The notes beneath the pieces are model-generated. The model did no database searches. It worked only from the letters and a program-made list of their open reading frames with translations, and was not told the DNA's origin. A program made the position numbers and the translations under genes. This document shows positions 18,001 through 26,918 of a DNA stretch of 64,000 bases, in pieces; position 1 is the stretch's first letter; each line of letters starts with the position of its first letter. The DNA is from Gemmatimonadales bacterium (GTDB lineage: Bacteria > Gemmatimonadota > Gemmatimonadetes > Gemmatimonadales > GWC2-71-9): contig JBBCJC010000002.1 in NCBI GenBank assembly GCA_037189525.1, forward strand, positions 800,001-864,000. Reading direction: 5' to 3'.

Positions 18001-20691
18001 CGGCTGTGGGAGCGGTCCTGCCGGATTCTGGCCGATGACGGTGTGCTGGCCGAGTCGGGGCGTGGGAGCTGGCGGGTGGTCGGGAAACCGTCGGGTCAGT
18101 CGGCTGTGGTGGCTGGAGTCGAAGGGGCGCTGCTCGAACAATGCGCCGCTCCGCTGGCCGATGTGCTGGTGGGGCGGGCCGATCCGCTGGCGCTGCTCTT
18201 TCCCGAGGGCGGGACGGTGTCTGCAGCGGCCATCTACACTTCGACGGCCAGTGCGCGGCGATTGAACGAGGCGGTGGCTGCCGCGGTGCGCCAGATCGTG
18301 ACGAATCGCGGCGGCGCGCCGGTGCGGATCGTCGAAGTGGGTGCCGGTACCGGGGCCACGACCGCGCACGTGCTTCCCATCCTGCCGTCGGGAAGTCGCT
18401 ATCTCGCGACCGACGTGTCGCCGACGTTGCTCGAAGGGCTGGCCCAGCGGTTCGGCGCGGTCGAGGGGGCGTCGTTCCATCGTCTGGATGCCGAACGGTC
18501 GCCTCGCGCGCAAGGATTGCCGACGCAGTGTGCCGATCTGGTGATTGCCTCGAACGTCCTGCACGCGACCAGAAATCTCAACGAGACACTGGCCCATGTG
18601 CGTAGCTTGCTCGCACCCGGTGGCTTGCTCATCCTGATCGAGACCACGGCGCCGAGACGATGGATCGACCTGACTTTCGGCTTGACCGAGGGGTGGTGGC
18701 GCTACGACGATCGCCGGACCGACTCGGCGCTGCTCGACCCCGCCGGCTGGGCAGCGGAGCTCGAGCAATCCGGGTTCGAGTCTGCCGCCGCATTGGGACA
18801 TGACGCAGGCGCCGTGCATGCGCAGGCCCTGATCATGGCGCGCCGCGATCGGTCGCCCCAGCGTATGGGGCCGATCTGGACGCTCACCGCCGCTGATGGA
18901 GCGCCGGCGGAGTGGCACGATCGGTTAGATCGATTCGTTTCCGTCGATCCGGTCGACTCGAGTGCGGGCACGACGGATTGGTCGGCCGAGGTTGCGAAGG
19001 CAGTCGCGCGTCATGGCGAACGGTGGGCGGGAATCGTTTATGACGCATCCCGGCTCCCTGATACGCCGACTGCTGCGGTTCAGGCTGCGCATCAGATAGC
19101 CCGGATTACTACCGCGCTTCGCGCCAAGACCGGCAGCGCGGCCCGGCTTGTCGTGGTCACCAACGGGTCGATAGCAACCAGTGGCGCCGAATCTTCGCAT
19201 GCTGCGCAGGCGACGCTCTGGGGGATGGGCCGGTCGATTGCGTTGGAAGCATCGTCGATCTGGGGCGGGTTGATCGATCTCGATCCGAGCCACGATGCCG
19301 CTCGGCAGGCCGGAACCGTTGCCGCGGGCTTGCTCGATCCGGATGAGGAGGATCAGGTGGTCTGGCGCGCCGGATCGCGGCTGGTACCCCGCTTGGTGCC
19401 GGATCGTGATCCGGCCCCGGTCGCACTGTCGCTTCGGGCAGACGCCAGCTATCTGGTTACCGGCGCGTTCGGCGGGTTGGGTCCCAAGCTGATTCGATGG
19501 CTGGCCCGCAGTGGCGCGCGGCATCTGATCCTGATCGGTCGCTCCGCACCGTTGCCATCCGACTGGTCGTCTGTCGCCCCCGACTCGGCGTCGGGTAAAG
19601 CGATCACCGAGATTCGCGCCGCTGAGGCCGATGGGGTGCAGTGCACGGTGGTTGCGGCTGACGTGGGGAATCACGACGCCATGGCGAGGATCTTCGATGA
19701 AGCTCGCGGACGCGGCTATCCGGTACGAGGGGTCGTCCATGCGGCGGCATCGATTCGGTTTGCGGGACTCGAGGAGCTCACCGAGGCCCGTCTCGAGGAA
19801 GCTCTGCATGCCAAGTCCTCCGGCGCCCTGGTCCTCGATGCCCTGACGCGCGATGGCCTGAACGATTTCCTCGTCTTCTTCTCCTCTGGCACCACGATCC
19901 TGGGGGCCAGTAAGCTTGCTGCGTATGCTGCGGCCAATCAGTTCCTGGCTGCCGTGGCCCAGGAGCGGGTCCGGGCCGGGTATCCGGCCACCGTGGTCGA
20001 CTGGGGCGCCTGGGACGAGATTCGCCTGCTTGGCAGCGATGGTACGGAATCGATGGCGGCGCTCGGATTCGAGGTGCTGGATGACGCGCGCGCGCTGGCG
20101 ACGCTGGCCGGGTTGATCGGGGAGAACAGCCCGCCGCGTTTCGTGGCAGCGCTCGACATCGGCCGGCTTCGGGAGGCGTATCAGGTGCATCGGCGGCGAC
20201 CGATGCTCGATGGTTTGCCGGCGGCAACGACGTCGGCAGCCGAGGAGATCACCCCGGCGGCGACACCGGCATCGAGTCCGTCGGCATCACTTACCGCCTT
20301 GATTGCCGGGTGTACGCCGTCTCGAGCATTGGCTCGGCTCACGGATTTCGTGGTCGGTTCGGTCGCCCATGTGCTGGGAGTCGCGCCGGATACGGTCGAT
20401 CCTTCGCGCGGGCTCTTCGATCTGGGGCTCGACTCCCTGATGGCAGTGGGACTCCGAAACCGACTCGAAGCGGCCGGCGCCGGGTCGTTACCGGCCACGC
20501 TGGTCTTCAACTATCCGACGGCCGCGGCCATTGCGGAGTTGCTGAACACCCGGCTTGGCGCGTCGGTCGCATCAGGTGACGATGTCGTGGCGGTCGAGCC
20601 GGCGAGTGCGGTGGCGGCTGAAGCCGATGAGGATGTGCGGGCGCAGCTCCTGGCCGAGCTCAAGTCGATCGATCTCGGAGTCGAAACGTGA
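15052..20691 (+). CDS. PKS2: KS-AT(malonyl-type)-cMT-KR-ACP
   Basis: KS DTACSSS; AT GHSVG, YAFH; no DH motif; C-MT VEVGAGTGATT, NVLHAT, FGLTEGWW; KR GAFGGLG, lacks LDD, AAYAAAN; ACP GLDSL. GTGA overlap and GGAGG SD. Confidence 0.94.
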   Translation: MSDLRQRVASLTPEQRAALSKRLGERTAPVREPIAIVGMSCRLPGADGLDAYWDLLVEGRDAVGPPPPGRRDHLRTEAGYLSAVDGFDAEFFGVPAREARSMDPQQRLLLEVAWEALEHAGIPADRVRGSSAGVFVGIHSHSSDYHLLQLATPGEVDPYGSTGAAHSIVANRLSYWLDLRGPSMAIDTACSSSLVAVHQACLSLRAGETDLALAGGVNLILLEAATTAFDRLGILSPGARCRVFDAAADGIARGEGVGVVVLKRLSDAERDGDRILAVVRGSGVNQDGASNGLTAPNGAAQVALLKKVWSDSGISGAQLSLVETHGTGTPLGDPIEVAALSDAIGAAGAQASIWLGAVKSQIGHLEAAAGIAALIKAVLCLTRRLVPAVCHFQTLNPQIELVGSGLAVPTRVEALPAHGRLLAGVSSFGFGGTNAHLCVESGPERAIESVEPAPVLVLPLSARSGSAVRELGMQLTGRLRSSSDADLRNIVATAALRRTHHDHRLAAVGVDRDSLVADLERRMTDPVWPASRDGIVFAFGGQGTQWSGMGRELRESERVFRATFDAIADRYRSLSGVDLVELIDGRDAGRLAETGYAQPAIFAVQAGLVALLRSWGIVPDRVVGHSVGEIAAAHAAGILSLEAAVDVVYHRGRLMQSVPRGGAMIQVGLAEAELRAVLDGFGPEVAVAALNAPAVSVAAGPREVVDALASRLQADGVSVQRVPVEYAFHSPAVAPVTEPLVQALRGVVPGAGSIPIVSTVTGLPARAGDFTPEYWARNVRETVRFAPAIRRSLEDGAGIVLEISPHPALLAGVAAVADQLGRPVATVAVMRRDRPVALALRQAVAALYAAGVDPDWSALVAAGAPVDLPRYPWQRTRHWLGAPDVRALGNNVLGTGSTVPGVTYRVEWQASAAQVGLPSSGEPVAVPSISMPPTEDEGALLASLERRSGVLIAEAFARLGVLDLADPISWDTAMGLGVLPRYRRLWERSCRILADDGVLAESGRGSWRVVGKPSGQSAVVAGVEGALLEQCAAPLADVLVGRADPLALLFPEGGTVSAAAIYTSTASARRLNEAVAAAVRQIVTNRGGAPVRIVEVGAGTGATTAHVLPILPSGSRYLATDVSPTLLEGLAQRFGAVEGASFHRLDAERSPRAQGLPTQCADLVIASNVLHATRNLNETLAHVRSLLAPGGLLILIETTAPRRWIDLTFGLTEGWWRYDDRRTDSALLDPAGWAAELEQSGFESAAALGHDAGAVHAQALIMARRDRSPQRMGPIWTLTAADGAPAEWHDRLDRFVSVDPVDSSAGTTDWSAEVAKAVARHGERWAGIVYDASRLPDTPTAAVQAAHQIARITTALRAKTGSAARLVVVTNGSIATSGAESSHAAQATLWGMGRSIALEASSIWGGLIDLDPSHDAARQAGTVAAGLLDPDEEDQVVWRAGSRLVPRLVPDRDPAPVALSLRADASYLVTGAFGGLGPKLIRWLARSGARHLILIGRSAPLPSDWSSVAPDSASGKAITEIRAAEADGVQCTVVAADVGNHDAMARIFDEARGRGYPVRGVVHAAASIRFAGLEELTEARLEEALHAKSSGALVLDALTRDGLNDFLVFFSSGTTILGASKLAAYAAANQFLAAVAQERVRAGYPATVVDWGAWDEIRLLGSDGTESMAALGFEVLDDARALATLAGLIGENSPPRFVAALDIGRLREAYQVHRRRPMLDGLPAATTSAAEEITPAATPASSPSASLTALIAGCTPSRALARLTDFVVGSVAHVLGVAPDTVDPSRGLFDLGLDSLMAVGLRNRLEAAGAGSLPATLVFNYPTAAAIAELLNTRLGASVASGDDVVAVEPASAVAAEADEDVRAQLLAELKSIDLGVET

Positions 20692-23600
20692 CCGATCCGA
20701 CTTCTGTCGAACGTCAAGCGCTGGCTGCGATTCGGCAGCTCCGCGATAAGCTCGAATCGATCGAGCGGGCGCGGCGGGAACCGATTGCCATCGTCGGGGT
20801 GGGCTGCCGGATGCCGGGTGCGCCGTCGCCTGCCGCGTTTTGGGATCTGCTGGTTGGCGGCCGGGAAGCGATTCGGCCGCTGCCCGCCGAGCGGTGGGGC
20901 GGTTCGCCGGCTGAGGAGTCGGCGGGGTTCGAAGCGGGGGTCCTGGATCAGGTCGACGGGTTCGACGCCGAGTTCTTCGGGATCTCGCCGAGGGAGGCGC
21001 GCTTTACCGACCCGCAGCAGCGCCTGTTCCTCGAAGTTGCCTGGGAGGCGCTCGAGGACGCCGGAATTGCGCCGACGTCGCTCAAGGGGTCGGCGACCGG
21101 TGTCTTCGTCGGTACCACGACGACCGACTATCTCGATCTGGTGTTCAGGCATACGCCGCTCGACGCGCTCGATGCCTATGTCGTCTCCGGCAACACCTTG
21201 AACGCCGTTGCGGGTCGAGTCGCCTTCACGCTTGGTCTGCAGGGCCCCGCGATCGCGATGGATACGGCATGCTCGAGTTCGCTGGTGGCGATCGATCGGG
21301 CGTGCCGGAGTTTGCGCGACGGCGAAAGCTCGATGGCGATCGCGGGCGGCGTCAATCTGATCCTCGGGCCCGAGATCCTCGCATCGCTCGCGAAGTGGGG
21401 CATGTTGTCGCCGGCGAGCCGTTGCAAGACGTTCGACGCATCGGCCGACGGGTTCGTGCGAGGCGAAGGGTGTGGCGCTCTCGTACTCAAGCGCCTGTCG
21501 GATGCGGAGCGTGATGGTGACCCGATTCGTGCCGTGATCCTGGGCAGCGCGGTCAATCAGGACGGCGCGAGCGCCGGATTCTCCGTACCAAACGGATTGG
21601 CCCAGGAAGCGGTGATCCGCGCTGCACTCGCATCGGCCGGGATTCGCGCGGGCGAGGTCGGGTACGTCGAAACTCACGGGACCGGAACGCCGCTCGGCGA
21701 CCCGATCGAGATCGAAGCTCTCACCTCGGTGTTCGGCGACGGTCGCGCCATGGATCGGCCGCTTCTGGTTGGTTCGGTCAAGACCAACATCGGCCATCTG
21801 GAGGCGGCGGCCGGTGTGGCCGGCCTCCTCAAGGTCGTTCTGTCGCTGCAGCATGGGACGATTCCTCCGCATCTCAACCTGCGAACCCCGAATCCTCACA
21901 TTCCATGGGAGCGGATTCCGATCTCTGTACCCGGAGAGGCAACGGGCTGGGATCCGATCGGAAATCGCCGGATTGGCGCGGTCAGCTCCTTCGGGTTCAG
22001 TGGCACCAACGTCCACATCGTCCTTGCCGAGGCGGGAGCGGCGGTTGCTGTGCCGCCGGCGGAGCAGTCGACCCATCTCGTTACGCTCTCGGCCCGGTCC
22101 AAAGCGGGGCGCGGCGCCGTGGCCCAGGCGTATGCTGACGCGCTCGAATCGGGCGCTATCGAGGTTCGTGATCTGGGCCTGGCGGTAAGTGCGGGCAGGG
22201 CTGCCTTGCCGGTTCGGGCCGCCGTCGTCGGCGCCGATCGTGCGGAGGTAGTGGCCGGGCTTCGGCAGGTAGCGGAACAGACCGACGATCGGACCGGTGT
22301 GATCGCGACCGGGACCGCGCGCCGCGATACGGTCGGGTTCCTCTTTACCGGGCAAGGGTCACAGTATGTCGGGATGGCGAGTGATCTCGCCGCCAACTGT
22401 GATGCGTTCCGCGCCGCGTTCGATGAGGCGGTGGCTGCGCTCGATCCGGAACTCGATGCGCCCTTGGCCGTGGTCATGAATGCGTCGGACGGTCGGATCG
22501 ATCAGACCCGGTACACGCAGCCCGCGCTGTTTGCGCTCCAGTACGGTCTGGTGGCGGCCTGGCGGTCGTTCGGGGTCGAGCCGGCGGTCGTGCTCGGTCA
22601 TTCGATCGGCGAGTATGCCGCGGCTTGCTGTGCTGGCGTCCTCGACCTCGCGACGGCGTCCCGTCTCGTGGCCGCGCGTGCCCGGCTGATGGGCGAGTTG
22701 CCGGCGGGCGGCGCCATGGCGGCAGTTGCCGCGGACGCAGAGCGGGTCGCGGCTGTTCTCCGTAGCGCCGCCGGTATCGTCTCGATTGCGGCGACCAACG
22801 CGCCGGACGAAACGGTGATCTCGGGCGACGCCGCGGCCGTGCGCGCTGTCGTTCGCGAGCTCGAAGGCCAGGGGATTCGCGTACGGCCGCTCACGGTATC
22901 GCACGCGTTCCATTCTCCGCTGATGGAGCCGATGCTGCCCACCTTCCTACGCGCTGTCGAACCGGTGACCAGGCGCGATCCGCGCCTGACCGTCATCTCG
23001 ACTGTTTCAGGAGCGCCTGCCGACGCCGAATTTGGCACGGCACGGTATTGGGCGGAGCAGATCAGGGCGCCGGTGCGTTATGCGGACGCCGTCCGATCGC
23101 TTGCTGCGGCTGGAGTCAGTCTGGCAATCGAGATCGGTCCGCATCCCGTGCTGACCGGCCTGCTGGAACGGAACGGAGTCGCTGCGCGACCGCTGGCTTC
23201 GCTGCGTCGCGGTCAGGACGGATGGCGCACGCTGCTCGCCGCCGTGGGCGAATCGTTCGTTCGGGGCGTCGTCGACGATTGGAGCGGGGCCGACGGGGCT
23301 CGCCGCCGAGGACGCGTCGCGGTGCCGACGTACCCCTTCCAGCGCGTCAGACATTGGATTGCCGATCAGCCGCGGACCGCCGGTGTGAGTGTTACCGGTA
23401 CGTCGGTGCATCCGCTGTTGGGCGTGCGCTTGCCTGTTGCGCTCGACGAGCGGATCTACCACCGCTTCCTGAGCCTGGGCGACGCGGGAACTCTGGCGGA
23501 GCATCGGCTCGGAGACCGGGCCGTGTTGCCGGCAGCTGCGCTGCTGGATCTGTTTGCGGCCGTCGGGCGCGAGGGCCGGGTGTCAGGTTCGGTTTCGATC

Positions 23601-26600
23601 GGTCAGGTCGAATTCCGCCGGCCGCTCGAGATCATGGACGTTCCGCTCGAATTGGAAACGATCGTTCGACCGCGAGTCGATGGCGGGCTCGAGGTTCAGG
23701 TTAAAGGGCGCCGCTCGGCGGATGACGGCTGGGAAACGTATGCCGGCGCTGTCGTCGCGCCGTCCACGCCGGCCTCCGGTGAGGTGGTTGCATCCGCACC
23801 GGCTGATGCCGCATCGATCGATCTTCAAGATTGGTATGACCGCTTGGAGGCGGTCGGCGCCCATTTCGGTCCGGGGTTCCGGTCGCTGGACGCTGCGTGG
23901 CAAGAGGATGGTGTTGCCTGGGGCCGAGTCCGGGCTTCAGGGGCATGGTCGTCGGGATGGGCGCTTACGCCGACCTTGCTCGACGGGTGTATTCAGGTCG
24001 GCAATCTCGCCATCGGTGGCGACGAGCGATTGCTGATGCCGGCGGCGATGGCGGGGTATCACTTCTTCGGTGTCCGCAGCGAAGGCCCCTTGGTCGTGCG
24101 CGGCGAGCGGAGCGGAGCGTTGACGGTCAACCTCGATATTGGCACCGTGGACGGAACCCCGGTCGCCAGATTCGAGGGGCTTCGCTTTGCCGTGCCCCTG
24201 GCGCGCGATCGGGATGAGCTTCCCGAATTCGAGACGCGCTGGGTGCCGGCCGAACTGCCTGTGGGTACGGGGCCGGGCGGGTGGAGCGTCGTCGGTAGCT
24301 CCGCGGATGCCGTACTGGGCGAACAGTTGGCAACACAGTTGCGCGCGATTGGCGTCGACGCGGCGTGGCAGGATTGGGCCGGGCTCGAGATCGCTGGACG
24401 TGACAATGTTGCCGTCCTTCAAGTGGCATCGATCGATCCGCTGTCGGATGGCCTCGCCATCGCAAAACGGCTCGGTGCGGCATCGGTCAGCCGCGTCGTG
24501 CTGCTGACCTCCGGAGCGCAAGCGGTGCGCGATGGTGAGCGCCCGCGTGTCGAGGCGGCCGGTCTGTGGGGATTGTGGCGGGCGGCGCAGCTCGAGTCTC
24601 CCGCCGTCGCGACTCAGCGGATCGATCTCGATCCCGATGGTACCGATGCCGACATCGTAACCGTGGCCCGATGGCTTGCGGCGCCGGCGGCGGGTGAAAC
24701 GGAGCTCGCGCTCCGCCGAGGTGAGGCCCTTGCTGCGCGGCTTCTGCCACGATCGCGCTGGCGACAACCGACTCGGCTCGTGGTCGGCCGGCCGGGTGAG
24801 CTCGAGTCGATCGGGTTTTCGTCGTTCGAGCCGCGGACCGTCGGCCCCGACGAGGTGGCGATCGCAGTCGAAGCGGCCGGGCTCAATTTCCGAGACGTGC
24901 TTGCCGCGCTCGGGATGTTCGGCGGTGCCGACACCGTGCTCGGCGGTGAATCCAGCGGCCGCATCACCGCAGTCGGCTCGGCTGTCACCGACCTGCAGGT
25001 GGGTGATCCGGTCATCGCGCTGGCGCCGGGCGGGCTTGCGACGGAAGTGGTGGTGCCTAGAGCGGCGGTCATTCGCCGGCCGGCATTGCTGTCGCCGGCA
25101 CGTGCCGCGGGTGTGCCGGTGGCGTACCTGACCGCCATGCTCGGCCTCGAGGTCCTTGCGCGGATCAAGCCCGGCGAGCGGGTCCTGGTCCACGCCGGTG
25201 CTGGCGGAGTCGGCCAGGCGGCCATCCGCATTGCGCAGCGGGCAGGGTGTGAGGTCTACGCGACTGCGGGATCCGAGACCAAGCGCCGCCTGGTCGAGTC
25301 GTTAGGCGTGACGGGGGTGCACGATTCCCGATCGACCTCGTTCCGCGATTGGATCCTGGACCGGACCCGGGGCGAGGGTGTCGACGTCGTGGTCAACTCG
25401 CTGTCGGGACCGGCCATCGACGCCGGTTTCGAGGTCCTCCGGCCCGGCGGACGATTCCTGGAATTGGGTAAGCGGGGCATCTGGACGAGTGAGCAGGCGC
25501 ATCGCGCCTTCCCGATGGTTCGGTATCTCCCGTTCGATCTGGGTGAAATGACGGCGGCCGATCCCGACCTGCTGTCCCATCTCATGGCGCGCCTCGAAGC
25601 GGGGCTCGGGGATGGATCGATTACGCCGTTGCCCGTGACCGCGCACCGCCTGTCGCAGCCCGTCGATGCGTTCCGGGTCATGGCGCAGGGCCGGCATACC
25701 GGAAAACTCGTCTTCGTTCAGGACCTCCGACCGGTTCCCGGCCGAGTGCAGCCAGACGCGACGTATCTGATCTCCGGAGGAACCGGGGGAATTGGCTTGG
25801 AAGTTGCCCGCGAGTTGGCGCGCAGCGGAGCCAAATCGCTGGTCCTGCTTTCCAGGCAGGGGGGCGATGTTGCGCAGGCGGCAGTGGAGCGGCTGGCTGA
25901 CACTGGCGCAACCGTCCAGGTGATCGCAGTCGATCTGGCCCGTGGCGAGCGCGCGACGACGGCGTTGCGCGCGGCGCTCCAGACGGTGCCACCGGTTCGC
26001 GGGGTGATTCACGCCGCGGGTTTTGCCGTCGACGGACCGATTCAGGAACAGTCCGCGGAGTCTCTGGCGGCGACCTGGGCGGTCAAGGTCGACGGTGCGC
26101 AGGTACTGCTGGACGCGGTGGACGCCCGGGGTCTCGATTTCTTCGTCACTTTCGGCGCTGGGGCTGCGACCCTGGGGTCGGCGGGTCAAGCGACCTACGC
26201 TGCGGCAAATGCGGGGCTCGAGGCCTGGACACTCGCTCGCTTCGCATCCGGAGATGCAGCCTCGGTCGTGGCCTGGGGGCGCTGGGCCGATGTGGGCATG
26301 GCGGCCCGGTTGCGTTTGGTCGATCAGGATCGCCTCACCAGACTGGGCATCGGGACCATCGAACCGAATGCCGGTGTGTCGGTGCTCATGGATGTGATCG
26401 CTCGCTCCGTACGCGATACTGCCGTGTTACCGATGGACTGGGCCCGGTATCTCCGGGAATCCGGCCGGCAGGGCGATCGGCGGTTTCAGGAACTGGGAGG
26501 GAGCGGCACTGGCGGGAAGGCTGAATCGTTGCTCGAGCGGATCGGCGCACTTCCGGTGCGCGAGCGGCGCGCGGCCGTACGCGCGGCTGTGGAAGCGGCA

Positions 26601-26918
26601 TCGCGTCGCGTGCTCGGTGCTGCGCCCCATCTCGTGATCGATCCCGGTATCGCGCTTCGTGACTTGGGGCTCGACTCGCTGCTGGCGGTGGAGCTTCGCA
26701 ACGCGTTGGTCGCGGCGTTCGGACGACCTTTGCCGACGACGGTGGCCTTCGATCACCCCACGATCGATGCGCTGACCGATCTGGTAGGTGCGGATCTGGT
26801 CGAGGCGCCGCCGGCCGGCACGGAGTCGCGAGAGCCGGCGGAAGTCCTGGCCATGTCCGACGCGGAAGCGGAGGCGGCGCTGTTGCGGGAACTCGAAGCG
26901 GGAGAGCCGGGGCGATGA
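20688..26918 (+). CDS. PKS3: KS-AT(malonyl)-DH-ER-KR-ACP
   Basis: KS DTACSSS; AT GHSIG, HAFH; DH LAEHRLGDRAVLP and LLDGCIQ; ER HAGAGGVG; KR GGTGGIG, FGA in place of FSS, ATYAAAN; ACP GLDSL. Confidence 0.94.
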   Translation: MTDPTSVERQALAAIRQLRDKLESIERARREPIAIVGVGCRMPGAPSPAAFWDLLVGGREAIRPLPAERWGGSPAEESAGFEAGVLDQVDGFDAEFFGISPREARFTDPQQRLFLEVAWEALEDAGIAPTSLKGSATGVFVGTTTTDYLDLVFRHTPLDALDAYVVSGNTLNAVAGRVAFTLGLQGPAIAMDTACSSSLVAIDRACRSLRDGESSMAIAGGVNLILGPEILASLAKWGMLSPASRCKTFDASADGFVRGEGCGALVLKRLSDAERDGDPIRAVILGSAVNQDGASAGFSVPNGLAQEAVIRAALASAGIRAGEVGYVETHGTGTPLGDPIEIEALTSVFGDGRAMDRPLLVGSVKTNIGHLEAAAGVAGLLKVVLSLQHGTIPPHLNLRTPNPHIPWERIPISVPGEATGWDPIGNRRIGAVSSFGFSGTNVHIVLAEAGAAVAVPPAEQSTHLVTLSARSKAGRGAVAQAYADALESGAIEVRDLGLAVSAGRAALPVRAAVVGADRAEVVAGLRQVAEQTDDRTGVIATGTARRDTVGFLFTGQGSQYVGMASDLAANCDAFRAAFDEAVAALDPELDAPLAVVMNASDGRIDQTRYTQPALFALQYGLVAAWRSFGVEPAVVLGHSIGEYAAACCAGVLDLATASRLVAARARLMGELPAGGAMAAVAADAERVAAVLRSAAGIVSIAATNAPDETVISGDAAAVRAVVRELEGQGIRVRPLTVSHAFHSPLMEPMLPTFLRAVEPVTRRDPRLTVISTVSGAPADAEFGTARYWAEQIRAPVRYADAVRSLAAAGVSLAIEIGPHPVLTGLLERNGVAARPLASLRRGQDGWRTLLAAVGESFVRGVVDDWSGADGARRRGRVAVPTYPFQRVRHWIADQPRTAGVSVTGTSVHPLLGVRLPVALDERIYHRFLSLGDAGTLAEHRLGDRAVLPAAALLDLFAAVGREGRVSGSVSIGQVEFRRPLEIMDVPLELETIVRPRVDGGLEVQVKGRRSADDGWETYAGAVVAPSTPASGEVVASAPADAASIDLQDWYDRLEAVGAHFGPGFRSLDAAWQEDGVAWGRVRASGAWSSGWALTPTLLDGCIQVGNLAIGGDERLLMPAAMAGYHFFGVRSEGPLVVRGERSGALTVNLDIGTVDGTPVARFEGLRFAVPLARDRDELPEFETRWVPAELPVGTGPGGWSVVGSSADAVLGEQLATQLRAIGVDAAWQDWAGLEIAGRDNVAVLQVASIDPLSDGLAIAKRLGAASVSRVVLLTSGAQAVRDGERPRVEAAGLWGLWRAAQLESPAVATQRIDLDPDGTDADIVTVARWLAAPAAGETELALRRGEALAARLLPRSRWRQPTRLVVGRPGELESIGFSSFEPRTVGPDEVAIAVEAAGLNFRDVLAALGMFGGADTVLGGESSGRITAVGSAVTDLQVGDPVIALAPGGLATEVVVPRAAVIRRPALLSPARAAGVPVAYLTAMLGLEVLARIKPGERVLVHAGAGGVGQAAIRIAQRAGCEVYATAGSETKRRLVESLGVTGVHDSRSTSFRDWILDRTRGEGVDVVVNSLSGPAIDAGFEVLRPGGRFLELGKRGIWTSEQAHRAFPMVRYLPFDLGEMTAADPDLLSHLMARLEAGLGDGSITPLPVTAHRLSQPVDAFRVMAQGRHTGKLVFVQDLRPVPGRVQPDATYLISGGTGGIGLEVARELARSGAKSLVLLSRQGGDVAQAAVERLADTGATVQVIAVDLARGERATTALRAALQTVPPVRGVIHAAGFAVDGPIQEQSAESLAATWAVKVDGAQVLLDAVDARGLDFFVTFGAGAATLGSAGQATYAAANAGLEAWTLARFASGDAASVVAWGRWADVGMAARLRLVDQDRLTRLGIGTIEPNAGVSVLMDVIARSVRDTAVLPMDWARYLRESGRQGDRRFQELGGSGTGGKAESLLERIGALPVRERRAAVRAAVEAASRRVLGAAPHLVIDPGIALRDLGLDSLLAVELRNALVAAFGRPLPTTVAFDHPTIDALTDLVGADLVEAPPAGTESREPAEVLAMSDAEAEAALLRELEAGEPGR

